Shown: in pieces, positions 1-7,851 of the stretch
Layout of the letters: every line of letters begins with the position of its first letter
Numbering within the stretch: position 1 is the stretch's first letter
Assembly (NCBI GenBank): GCA_046726415.1
Contig: JBKPAK010000232.1
Span: forward strand, 1 to 20,424
Direction of reading: 5' to 3'
Length of the DNA stretch: 20,424 bases
Source of the DNA: Candidatus Methylomirabilota bacterium
GTDB taxonomy: Bacteria; Methylomirabilota; Methylomirabilia; Rokubacteriales; CSP1-6
Notes under the pieces: generated by a model
Told to the model about the DNA's origin: nothing
Databases searched by the model: none
The model's input: only the letters and a program-made list of their open reading frames with translations
Program-made: the position numbers and the translations under genes

Positions 1-86
1 GTGGTGGGGGGTGTCGCGGACCGAAGACTGCAGAGCAGACCAACCAGAACGGAGAGCAGACACAAACTGTCACTCTCTGGTTTCAT
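1..86 (-). CDS. 5' end of a divergent gene running off the window (MKPESDSLCLLSVLVGLLCSLRSATPPT...), possibly exported
   Basis: Minus-strand AAGGAGGAG Shine-Dalgarno (96-104) 9 nt before ATG at 86. The frame is open to the window edge and has a hydrophobic N-terminal stretch. Not in the ORF track because no stop lies in the window. Confidence 0.5.
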   Translation of the reverse strand, partial: MKPESDSLCLLSVLVGLLCSLRSATPPT

Positions 87-398
87 GGTGGCGTTCTCCT
101 CCTTCGGATGGGCGGCTACGCAATGTCGGCACGCTCGATCCTCGAGGGGGAAGGGGACTGGCCGACGCGTCCCAAGGAGGTCTCCGGAACGGGGACGGCT
201 GAGGGGATGCGCCCACCGCGGCGAGTACTGGCCATCATGCACGTGATCTTCGAGCCCATTGAGGTCCCGAGAGTGATGGTTGCATCGCCCGTTTCACCTC
301 CGTCTTCCCGGGATCACCTTCGCTCACCGCCGGATCTTTCGGCTCTCCTCGCCCGGGAGGGTCGGGCCTTGACTTCACTCCCACCGGTCGCCTAGCGT

Positions 399-420
399 CA
401 ATACGTAATCTTACGTATTG
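399..420. promoter_or_regulatory. Perfect palindromic operator CAATACGTAA-TC-TTACGTATTG (7-2-7 arrangement typical of NarL/LuxR HTH sites)
   Basis: Perfect 10-bp inverted repeat with a 2-bp spacer, AT-rich in a GC-rich background, 35 bp upstream of the LuxR-family start codon in a divergent intergenic region. Confidence 0.7.
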
Positions 421-455
421 GGCCTGGGCTCCTCCGGGGGGCTCTGGAGTGAAAG

Positions 456-1538
456 ATGGAGCGGCTGCAGCTAGCGGACCTGCACGCGGCGACACGCTTC
501 CTGGGTGTTCTCTACGAGCTCGACGGGCTCCCCTCGTTCCGGAAGCGACTGCTCGCCCAGCTCCCGACGGTCGTTCGCTGCGACCTGGCACTCTACTGCG
601 AGAACAACCTCCGCACAAAGGAGAGTCGTGGTTTCTCCGATCTTCCCGGGGCCTTCGATGAAGAGGACGCGCGTGTCTACGGACGTCATGTTCATGAATC
701 CCCGTTGCTCCTCGCCTACCGCCGCGGCCAGGGATCGGCCGTGAAGTACTCGGACTTCTTCACGCGTCGGGAGTTCCATCGCACGGGGCTCTACAACGAA
801 TTCTTCCGCAGGCGAGGCATCGAGTTTCGCATCGCCAAGGGGCTCCCGGGGACACCCGGACTCGTCACCGCCGTCTTTTTAGATCGTAGTGGCACCCGAG
901 ACTTCGGCGAGCGCGACCGTCTGCTCCTGAACCTGCTCCGGCCGCACCTCAACCAGAGCTATCAAAACGCGGCCGTCGTCTCCGCCCTCTGGGACCAGGT
1001 CGCGATGGTTGAGCAGGGCCGGGAGCCCATCGACGGCGCCCTTGTCCTGCTCGACAACGATCGCCGACCGCGGCTGACGACACCGCTCGCCCGCCGATGG
1101 CTGGCCGAATTCTTTGGCCATGCGGCCGGCGGAAGCCTGCCCGAGAGCATCGCCCGCTGGATGGCTCACCACACTCGGCCATCTCCCGACGAACTCCCTC
1201 CGCTGATGACGCCGCTCGTCGTCGAGGGCGAGGCAGCATGCCTTGTCGTGCGCCTCGTCTCGCACAACTCTCACCACCTCCTGGTGCTACAGAAACGGGC
1301 CCGAACGATGCCATCGCTCGGGAACGTCGGCCTCTCCGGCCGCGAGGCGGAAGTGATGAGCTGGGTCGCGCAGGGCAAGACCAACGTGGAAATCGCCACC
1401 ATCCTCAAACTCAGCCGGCGAACCGTGGACAAGCACCTCGAGCACATTTACAGCAAGCTCGGCGTCGAAACGCGGATGGCGGCCGCGGCACGCCTGCGGG
1501 CCGTCGCCGAGTCGCCGAGAGGAGATCGCCCGTCGTAG
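456..1538 (+). CDS. LuxR-family (GerE-type HTH) transcriptional regulator with N-terminal GAF/autoinducer-binding-like sensory region
   Basis: C-terminal LSGREAEVMSWVAQGKTNVEIATILKLSRRTVDKHLEHIYSKLGVETR is a LuxR HTH. DFGERDRLLLNLLRPHL resembles the end of a GAF-like domain. GGAG RBS at 446-449. No receiver domain is apparent. Confidence 0.9.
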   Translation: MERLQLADLHAATRFLGVLYELDGLPSFRKRLLAQLPTVVRCDLALYCENNLRTKESRGFSDLPGAFDEEDARVYGRHVHESPLLLAYRRGQGSAVKYSDFFTRREFHRTGLYNEFFRRRGIEFRIAKGLPGTPGLVTAVFLDRSGTRDFGERDRLLLNLLRPHLNQSYQNAAVVSALWDQVAMVEQGREPIDGALVLLDNDRRPRLTTPLARRWLAEFFGHAAGGSLPESIARWMAHHTRPSPDELPPLMTPLVVEGEAACLVVRLVSHNSHHLLVLQKRARTMPSLGNVGLSGREAEVMSWVAQGKTNVEIATILKLSRRTVDKHLEHIYSKLGVETRMAAAARLRAVAESPRGDRPS

Positions 1539-1561
1539 CGTCCATAGGGAAGCCGGCGGCG

Positions 1562-1683
1562 GCCCGAGCGTCGCGGTCGAGAGGGTGAGGCGAGGCAGCT
1601 TGCCGAAGAGCTAGGCGGATAAGCCCGTTCTCGGCAGTAGCTCCAACGACCCTATCCTTCGTCAGAGAGCGCGACGCTCGGGC
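1562..1683. repeat. ~122-nt long imperfect hairpin with perfect 14-bp terminal inverted repeats
   Basis: GCCCGAGCGTCGCG (1562-1575) is the exact reverse complement of CGCGACGCTCGGGC (1670-1683). Nested inner pairs: TGCCGA/TCGGCA (1601-1606/1631-1636), AGCT/AGCT and GGC-GGATAA-GCC. Confidence 0.7.
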
Positions 1684-1955
1684 GGGTGAGGCTGGATCAT
1701 CTCGCGGAGCGGCCACTCGCCGAGACCTCCTACGGAGGCGCCGCGGCGTGGACGATTTCCGTCGGGCGCTGACGCCATTCCGCCGTCGCGAGCACTTGCC
1801 ACGCCGCGAAGCTCCCAGCGGTCGCCCCGCTGGCAGTCGTCACCTCGGCCCCCATAGTGTGTGGTCCGTCCCCAGCCGTCAGGTCTGGCTTCGGGAAGAC
1901 GCCTGGCTCAGCGGGACAGCGACACCGGCGCCGGCGCGAATGCCGTCGCACCCCT

Positions 1956-1964
1956 TGCTAGAAT
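1956..1964 (+). promoter_or_regulatory. Extended -10 promoter element (TGcTAGAAT) upstream of the MNT gene
   Basis: Close match to TGnTATAAT, 10 nt before ATG 1975. There is no obvious SD, suggesting a near-leaderless transcript. Confidence 0.45.
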
Positions 1965-1974
1965 GGCTCGGGCC

Positions 1975-2469
1975 ATGGGGCTGAAAGAGCGCTACGAGGA
2001 CATTGTGGAGCGCCTGCTGGACGGGCTCCGCGAGCGGTACGGGGATCGACTGATGTCCGTCGCGCTGTTCGGCTCCGTGGCTCGGGGAACGCAGCGCGAG
2101 GACTCCGACATCGACTTCCTCGTCGTCGCGCGCGACCTCCCGCGCGGTCGCACAGCCCGGGTCGCGGAGTTCCTGATCGTCGAAAGCCGGCTGGAGCCGT
2201 GGTTGGTGGCGCCCCGGTCCGAGCTGCTTCCTATAGCGCTGTCACCGGTGTTCAAGACCCCCGAGGAGGTCGAGGCAGGGAGCCCGCTGTTCATCGACAT
2301 GGTCGAGGACGCGCGCATTCTCTACGATCGCGACGGACTCCTCGAGAAGCGACTCGAGCGCCTGCGACGACGCCTGGCCGAGCTCGGATCTCGGCGGGTG
2401 TGGCGCGGTAACAGCTGGTACTGGGTGCTGAAACCCGATCTCACGCCAGGCGAGACGATCACCCTGTGA
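1975..2469 (+). CDS. Minimal nucleotidyltransferase (MNT, Pol-beta superfamily), antitoxin-like partner of HEPN
   Basis: Signature GS-X10-DxD (LFGSVARGTQREDSDIDFLVV). Start placed at ATG 1975 (ATG 1963 is the alternative) rather than the ORF-track start at 1861. GTGA overlap with the HEPN gene. Confidence 0.9.
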   Translation: MGLKERYEDIVERLLDGLRERYGDRLMSVALFGSVARGTQREDSDIDFLVVARDLPRGRTARVAEFLIVESRLEPWLVAPRSELLPIALSPVFKTPEEVEAGSPLFIDMVEDARILYDRDGLLEKRLERLRRRLAELGSRRVWRGNSWYWVLKPDLTPGETITL

Positions 2470-2882
2470 CCAGTATCGACTTGGCCCGGAGCTACCTGGC
2501 CAAGGCGCGGGCGCGGCTGGACGCCCTGGCCGTGCTGCGAAACCACGGGGCCCACTCCGACGTGGTGCGCGAGGCCCAAGAGCTCGTCGAGCTGGCCCTC
2601 AAGGGAATGCTCAGGGCGGTGGGCGTAGAACCCCCCAAAGTTCACGACGTCGGTCCACTGCTCGTCGAGCACGGCTCGCTCTTTGTCGCCGACGTGCGGG
2701 GCGAGCTCTCTCGGGCGGCCGCGATCTCGAAGCGACTGCGCAGGGAGCGAGAGCTGGCGTTCTACGGCGACGTGGACTTCATCCCGACCGAGGAGTACAC
2801 GAATGCCGACGCGCAGCAGGCCCACGACGATGCCGCGTTGGTTGTCCGGCTGGCCGCTCGGGTTATCGATCGCCTCATGTGA
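2466..2882 (+). CDS. HEPN domain protein (MNT-associated)
   Basis: Helical 138 aa with AQELVELALKGML, PPKVHDV and RRERELAFYG motifs typical of MNT-paired HEPN proteins. Coupled to the MNT gene by a 4-nt overlap. Confidence 0.88.
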   Translation: MTSIDLARSYLAKARARLDALAVLRNHGAHSDVVREAQELVELALKGMLRAVGVEPPKVHDVGPLLVEHGSLFVADVRGELSRAAAISKRLRRERELAFYGDVDFIPTEEYTNADAQQAHDDAALVVRLAARVIDRLM

Positions 2883-3387
2883 CCGTGGCGGTGACTCTGG
2901 TCCTGGCAGCCGGCAGCAGACTGGTGGCCGAGGCGGACAGCGGTGAGGAGTGGACTCGGCGCGTGGGGGAGGTCGACGCGGCACTCGCCGACGATGATGT
3001 GGCGGCTGCCATGCCTCGCTTGCGCGACGCGCACCTCGCGGCCTTTCCAAGCAATCGGTGGGAAGCTATGGCCGAGGTGGGCGACGTGGCACGGCGCGTC
3101 AGCGCTGTGGCTGTCGTGCCCGCGTCCGCGCTCATGACGGCGCGCAGGGCCTACCTCATAGGCCTGGCGCGCGCCGTCAGCAGCGCTCGTTAGAGGGAGT
3201 GCTCCGCTTCGCCGAGAGGTTTGTCGCCCTCGGTGACCGCGAGATGGTCGAGCACTGCGTCGGCATGGCGACGCGGATTGCCGAGGATTACGGAGGCGCG
3301 GAGCGCTTCGCTCAGGTGCAGTCTTTCGTCGAGCGCCACCTCCAGGCGCTGCCGGCGACCGGGCGGGGGGACCACGAGCAACCCTAG
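2879..3387 (+). pseudogene. Helical hypothetical protein split by a single-base frameshift near 3175
   Basis: ORF 2879-3193 (...SNRWEAMAEVGDVARR...ARRAYLIGLARA) continues naturally into the frame of ORF 3058-3387 (RQQRSLEGVLRFAERFVALGDREMVEHCVGMATRIA) if one C is restored in gcgcgcc(c)gtcagcag. GTGA overlap with the HEPN stop. Confidence 0.7.
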
Positions 3388-3910
3388 CCTCGGCGAGATG
3401 GCCCGCGCTGCTCTCGCAAACAATCTGCGCAGTAAGGCGCTCGGCATGCGTAAATGCCGACGCGGCCCGAGTGCGGTGGGGGCCACGGCCGTCACTGGGC
3501 ACAACGAGACGTCGCGAGCCTTCGTCCGCCTCGGGGGGGCGCGGTGCGGTCGGACCACCGTTCTATCGCCGCTGACCACGATACGGAACTTCGTGACGCG
3601 TATTGTGGCAAGCTGGTCAGCTTTCTGGTAGTTGGTCGTCCTAGACATCAGTCGAGCACAAGCTACAGTTGTGTGTCTCGCTCTAGGGGAATAGACTCCA
3701 GGCGCTAAACACCGGTGGCTGCGTTCGATCATGGCCAGTCGGTGGCTCCAGGGAGCGTGACGTCTTTTTTCGTTAGCCCATACGCGATCGATTCGAGTAG
3801 TCAGAAACTGGCTTGAGCTGGTCAAGCTACCATCGCCTCTGGCCGATGCCATTGGAACAATATGTCTGCGTCGAATGTTCAAGCATCGCGGCGAGGACGA
3901 TGGCGCGAGT

Positions 3911-3926
3911 GGGCACGTATTTTGCT
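3911..3926 (+). promoter_or_regulatory. Putative sigma54 (-24/-12) promoter GGGCACGTATTTTGCT
   Basis: GG(3912-3913)-N10-GC(3924-3925), with CACG and TTGCT matching the TGGCACG-N4-TTGCW consensus except at the first base. Oriented toward the 4270 gene. Confidence 0.55.
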
Positions 3927-4269
3927 TGCCTTCCTGGCCCCGAAGTCCAGCGCATTGGAGAAGTATCGCGTTGAGCGTTCGAGCGAGACCGATTGGCGTG
4001 CGGTCGCCCTGGCGATCGTGCTCCTCCCGGTTGCGGCCCGCGACCGCCTGGGCAATCCTTCCAGGTACCCTGCTTTGCTCGCCACGAGTTGTCTTGACAA
4101 CGGCGGCATCGCCTCGAGAGCCGGACCACGACCCTGCTCGCGTACTTCGAGACCCTTGCACACGCAGCGGCTGGCGAGGGGAAGCGCGAGCTGGCCGACT
4201 CCAACGCCCTCACGATGCGCCCTCGAGCGCTCGTAATGTCTATCTCTAACGAAAGCCGGAGGTGAGTGG

Positions 4270-7158
4270 ATGAGCAGCACGCGCGCTCTGAGCGTCGCAG
4301 TATCGGTCGGTTTCCTGTTAGTGGTCTCGTCGGCGTTTCCCCCACCCGTGCGCGCGGCCTGGGTGAATAGTGCCGGCACACAGTTCCAAGTCGGGGGCCA
4401 GCTCACCCAGATCATTCCCACCGCCGCTGGCACATCGTTCGTCGACCCCTCCTGTGGTTCGCAGGGGGGAACCTCGCTGGCCCTCGTCCAGGGCTTGAAG
4501 CTGGCCGGGGTCGATCCTATCCTCTACCCCGCGGCGCTGGTCGTGAGTTGTCTCGACAGCAACCCCGCGATCCAGGCGCGACTGAACTTCATCAACCCGG
4601 CCGACGGGAAGGTCATCAAACAGCTCTCGACGACAGCCGTCCCGACTAACGGCTGGGCCCATTTCGTCCATCGCCAGGACAAAGGCGACCTCCTCGCCTG
4701 TGGAAACAGTGGCGCCCTCTACAGCATCGACTTCAGCCAGACCACCACCACCCTCGATGGCACGGCGACACCGCTGCCTCCGGAAGTCACCACCTGTAAA
4801 GGGCTGACCTGGGATGCCGAGGCGGATGTGATCTACGTTGGCATCAGCGTCACCGTCGGCGAGACGACGACGAACAGGGTCGTTCGCTTCAACGACGGGG
4901 CGACGACTCCCCTGGGAACCTTCACGGCTCCGTGCGCCACCAACGGCCTGGCGGTCTCGGGGGGTGTCCTGCTCGTGTCATGCCAGGGCGCCCTCACCGT
5001 CCACCGGCTCGACAAGAACACCGGGGTCAGTCTGGGAGTCCACGGCACTCTGACCGCGACCGGGCTCGCCAACCTCGGCGAAAGCGACCCCGGCCTCGGC
5101 GACTTCGCCTGCGACCCGGTGACGTTCCACAAGGATGAGACTGGGAGGGACCTGTTCACGGATGCGCTGTGGTCCCGGCGGGGAGCCAACGGCAACGGGG
5201 TGGTCGCCCTCGAGTTCCCGGCTTTCACCTGCGGCCTGCCCTCGAGCTCGGTCGTCCTTCAGGGCTTGGTGCCGTATTCCCCGCTCGCGGCGGGGCTCTC
5301 GGTTCCCGGGCTCAGCGGACCCGGTCAGCTACCGTTGGCGGCATGCTTTGACGCCACTGGAAACGTGAAGGACTTGGACGGCGATGGTCTCCCCGACTGC
5401 TGGGAGACGAACCTCGGTGGCAGCGGCCCCGGCACCGACGGCGGCATTGACTTCGACGGCGACGGCAGTCGCGACCTTCAGCTGTGCGCTCAGGTCAACA
5501 CGAACGGCGACGGCGTCACTCTCACGAGGGAGTGCGCCAGCCCCAGCCACAAAGACCTTTTCGCCGAGATCGACTACATGCAAGATCACAAGCCCGACCC
5601 TCAGGCTCTGAGCCAGACGCAGAGCGTCGCGACCGTCGGAGTCAAGAGTGTTAGGGAGGCCTTCGCGGCCGCACCCGTCGCGAACCTCGACACGACGATT
5701 GGCATCCGGATTCACTTCCAGGTCGACGAGCAGGTGATCTTCACCCCGCTCTCCGGCCCACCCACCAGCCACGTCAACCAGGTCGCGTTCACCCCCTGTA
5801 CCGGCCCGGCCATCAACGCCATCGACCCTGCCCAGGCGGTGGACTTCGACACCATCAAGGCGGCGAACTTCGGCACGGCCACCGAACGCGTCAACCTCCA
5901 AGCGCTGAATGCGAAGCGGCTAGCGTTCCGCTACGTCGTTTTTGCCCACCAACTGGTCGGCAACCCCGGTGGCGGCTCCAACGGCTCGGGCTGCGCGGAA
6001 ATCGGCGGGGACGACGCGGTCGTCACGCTCGGAAGCTTCGCCTTGACGACGGTAAACAACGTCAGCCACAGACGGGGCACGACGGATCAACAGGCTGGCA
6101 CCTTCATGCACGAGTTCGGACACCTTCTGGGATTCGGGCATGGGGGCCTCGACAACATCAACTGCAAGCCCAACTATCGCAGCGTCATGAGCTACGCCCG
6201 CCAGTTCGCCGGGAGCCCCATCCCGAATCGCCGGCTGGACTATTCGCGAGCCGCGGATCCCGTATTGACCGACATCAACAAGACGGGGCTCCTCAACGAG
6301 ACGGCCCAGCTGAACGAAGGCGAGGCGCTCGGGACAGATGCGAGCCGCGGTCCGATATCCCCATTCTTCCCCTTGGCGGACACGATCGTGTACGGCCCGA
6401 ACGCGTGGTCAGTAGTTTCCGCGACCGCGCCATCCATCAACTGGGACCGAAGCAAGAGTACGACCCCTCAGCCCAGCGTGACCGCGAACATCAATGCCGG
6501 GGCGACCGCCGGCTGTGATGGAACTGGGACGCGACTGGAGGGACAGGACGACTGGAGCAATGTTCTCTACCGGTCCTCGGCAGCCATCAACTTCGCCGGC
6601 GGTCGCGAGGTTCCCCTGGAGATGACTAGCGACAACGAGAAGGAGTTCTTTCTGAACAAGGATACCGACAACGGCGTCGGCAACGGCGTCGGCGATGGCA
6701 AGGATTGCGGCGGCACCATCCCTGACCCCCCCGATGGCACCACCTCTTTCTCGTGCACGCACCGCATCGACATCAAGCCGGCCTTTCCCCTGCCCAAGAT
6801 CATCGACCAAACGGGCAACGTCACGATCGTGATCTTCAGCGAAAAAACCGGCACGCAGGAGTGGAACGCGCCTGCGCAAGTCAAGACGGATGCCAGCCTT
6901 AAGTTCATGGTGGAATCCTTCGAGGTTTCCGTGAAAGTCAACAACAAGGGTGGAGGGACGTGCTCGGTATCAGACGTGGCGGACCCCGATACCGGCCAGA
7001 AAGACGGCATCAAGGACTTGAAGTGTCAGTTTGAGTTTCCGCCCGACGGGCCGCCTGCCGGCACACACTTCGGCATCGTGTCCGGCTTCTTCTTCGACCC
7101 GTTGACCGGCGACAACAGGGCTTTCAGCGCGAGACAGGAGGTGACCATCGTGCGGTAG
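4270..7158 (+). CDS. Large secreted multidomain metzincin-type zinc metallopeptidase with DxDGDG Ca-binding motifs
   Basis: GGAGGTG RBS and a signal-peptide-like N-terminus (...PPPVRA|AW). Zinc motif HEFGHLLGFGH (HExxHxxGxxH, ~6109-6141) is followed by a Met-turn-like SVMSY. Acidic loops DLDGDGLPDCWE, DFDGDGSRD and NTNGDG. Beta-rich N-terminal region and C-terminal IDIKP...DGIKDLKCQF beta domain. Confidence 0.85.
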   Translation: MSSTRALSVAVSVGFLLVVSSAFPPPVRAAWVNSAGTQFQVGGQLTQIIPTAAGTSFVDPSCGSQGGTSLALVQGLKLAGVDPILYPAALVVSCLDSNPAIQARLNFINPADGKVIKQLSTTAVPTNGWAHFVHRQDKGDLLACGNSGALYSIDFSQTTTTLDGTATPLPPEVTTCKGLTWDAEADVIYVGISVTVGETTTNRVVRFNDGATTPLGTFTAPCATNGLAVSGGVLLVSCQGALTVHRLDKNTGVSLGVHGTLTATGLANLGESDPGLGDFACDPVTFHKDETGRDLFTDALWSRRGANGNGVVALEFPAFTCGLPSSSVVLQGLVPYSPLAAGLSVPGLSGPGQLPLAACFDATGNVKDLDGDGLPDCWETNLGGSGPGTDGGIDFDGDGSRDLQLCAQVNTNGDGVTLTRECASPSHKDLFAEIDYMQDHKPDPQALSQTQSVATVGVKSVREAFAAAPVANLDTTIGIRIHFQVDEQVIFTPLSGPPTSHVNQVAFTPCTGPAINAIDPAQAVDFDTIKAANFGTATERVNLQALNAKRLAFRYVVFAHQLVGNPGGGSNGSGCAEIGGDDAVVTLGSFALTTVNNVSHRRGTTDQQAGTFMHEFGHLLGFGHGGLDNINCKPNYRSVMSYARQFAGSPIPNRRLDYSRAADPVLTDINKTGLLNETAQLNEGEALGTDASRGPISPFFPLADTIVYGPNAWSVVSATAPSINWDRSKSTTPQPSVTANINAGATAGCDGTGTRLEGQDDWSNVLYRSSAAINFAGGREVPLEMTSDNEKEFFLNKDTDNGVGNGVGDGKDCGGTIPDPPDGTTSFSCTHRIDIKPAFPLPKIIDQTGNVTIVIFSEKTGTQEWNAPAQVKTDASLKFMVESFEVSVKVNNKGGGTCSVSDVADPDTGQKDGIKDLKCQFEFPPDGPPAGTHFGIVSGFFFDPLTGDNRAFSARQEVTIVR

Positions 7159-7256
7159 GACCCATCGTTTGAAGACCGAGAGCACTGGATGACGCGAACG
7201 AAACGCTTGACTACGGCACAGGTCGTGCCGGAGCGGACCGACAAGGAGGGAACATC

Positions 7257-7706
7257 GTGAAATGTAAAGTTGCGCTGGGAGTGGCGGCGGTGATCGGGTC
7301 TCTCGCGCTGTCCGCGACCGTGGCACAGGCCGGCGCGGGAGGGTTCGTGTCCCCGCTCACTTCCTTCTTTGTGTGCCATTCCATCAATGGAGACGATCCG
7401 GGGCTGACCGTCGATGTCCAATCCCCGGTCTTCGGCCCCGACCGTCAGGCGGTCAGGATCGGCAACGGAACTCTAGCCTGCGCGTGGGCGAAGTTGTTTG
7501 GCGCGGGAACCAACACGGAGATCGATCCTAACCCCCCCGGGGGCACGGGTCCGCACGATGTCCTTAAGTGCTACACCATCTCCGTCACCAAGAAGCCATC
7601 TGATAAGACGCGCTACACCTTCACGGATGAGTTGGTCGGCGCGGAGACCAACGTTCAGGCTTCCGAGATTCGGTATATTTGCGCACCTTCCACTCTTACG
7701 CGGTGA
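7257..7706 (+). CDS. Small secreted hypothetical protein with four mature-chain Cys and an apparent internal duplication
   Basis: AAGGAGGG RBS before GTG 7257; signal peptide ending AQA; two similar halves (FFVCHSI...FG...TLACA and VLKCYTI...VG...RYICAP). Confidence 0.8.
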   Translation: MKCKVALGVAAVIGSLALSATVAQAGAGGFVSPLTSFFVCHSINGDDPGLTVDVQSPVFGPDRQAVRIGNGTLACAWAKLFGAGTNTEIDPNPPGGTGPHDVLKCYTISVTKKPSDKTRYTFTDELVGAETNVQASEIRYICAPSTLTR

Positions 7707-7716
7707 GGTCGGCGCG

Positions 7717-7753
7717 GAGCCCGGCGGGCAGGGCTATCCTGCCCGCCGGGTTC
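7717..7753. terminator. GC-rich hairpin between convergent genes (terminator-like)
   Basis: CCCGGCGGGCAGG (7720-7732) and CCTGCCCGCCGGG (7738-7750) form a perfect 13-bp stem, shortly after the 7706 stop. The U-tract is short. Confidence 0.65.
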
Positions 7754-7851
7754 GGGGCCGTCGGCCGGAGGCCGGTCGTGCCTTATCCCGAGTGCGTTGC
7801 CAATCTTCTGGAGCGCCCTGCCCCGGGCTGATGGGTCGGTGTCCGTCCTCG

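Noticed and set aside
1730..1984. Short ORFs between the hairpin and MNT
   Set aside because: No recognisable homology; consistent with chance ORFs in high-GC DNA.
3862..4249. ORFs 3862-4236 and 3875-4249 as genes
   Set aside because: No recognisable motif or RBS, and they overlap the putative sigma54 promoter.
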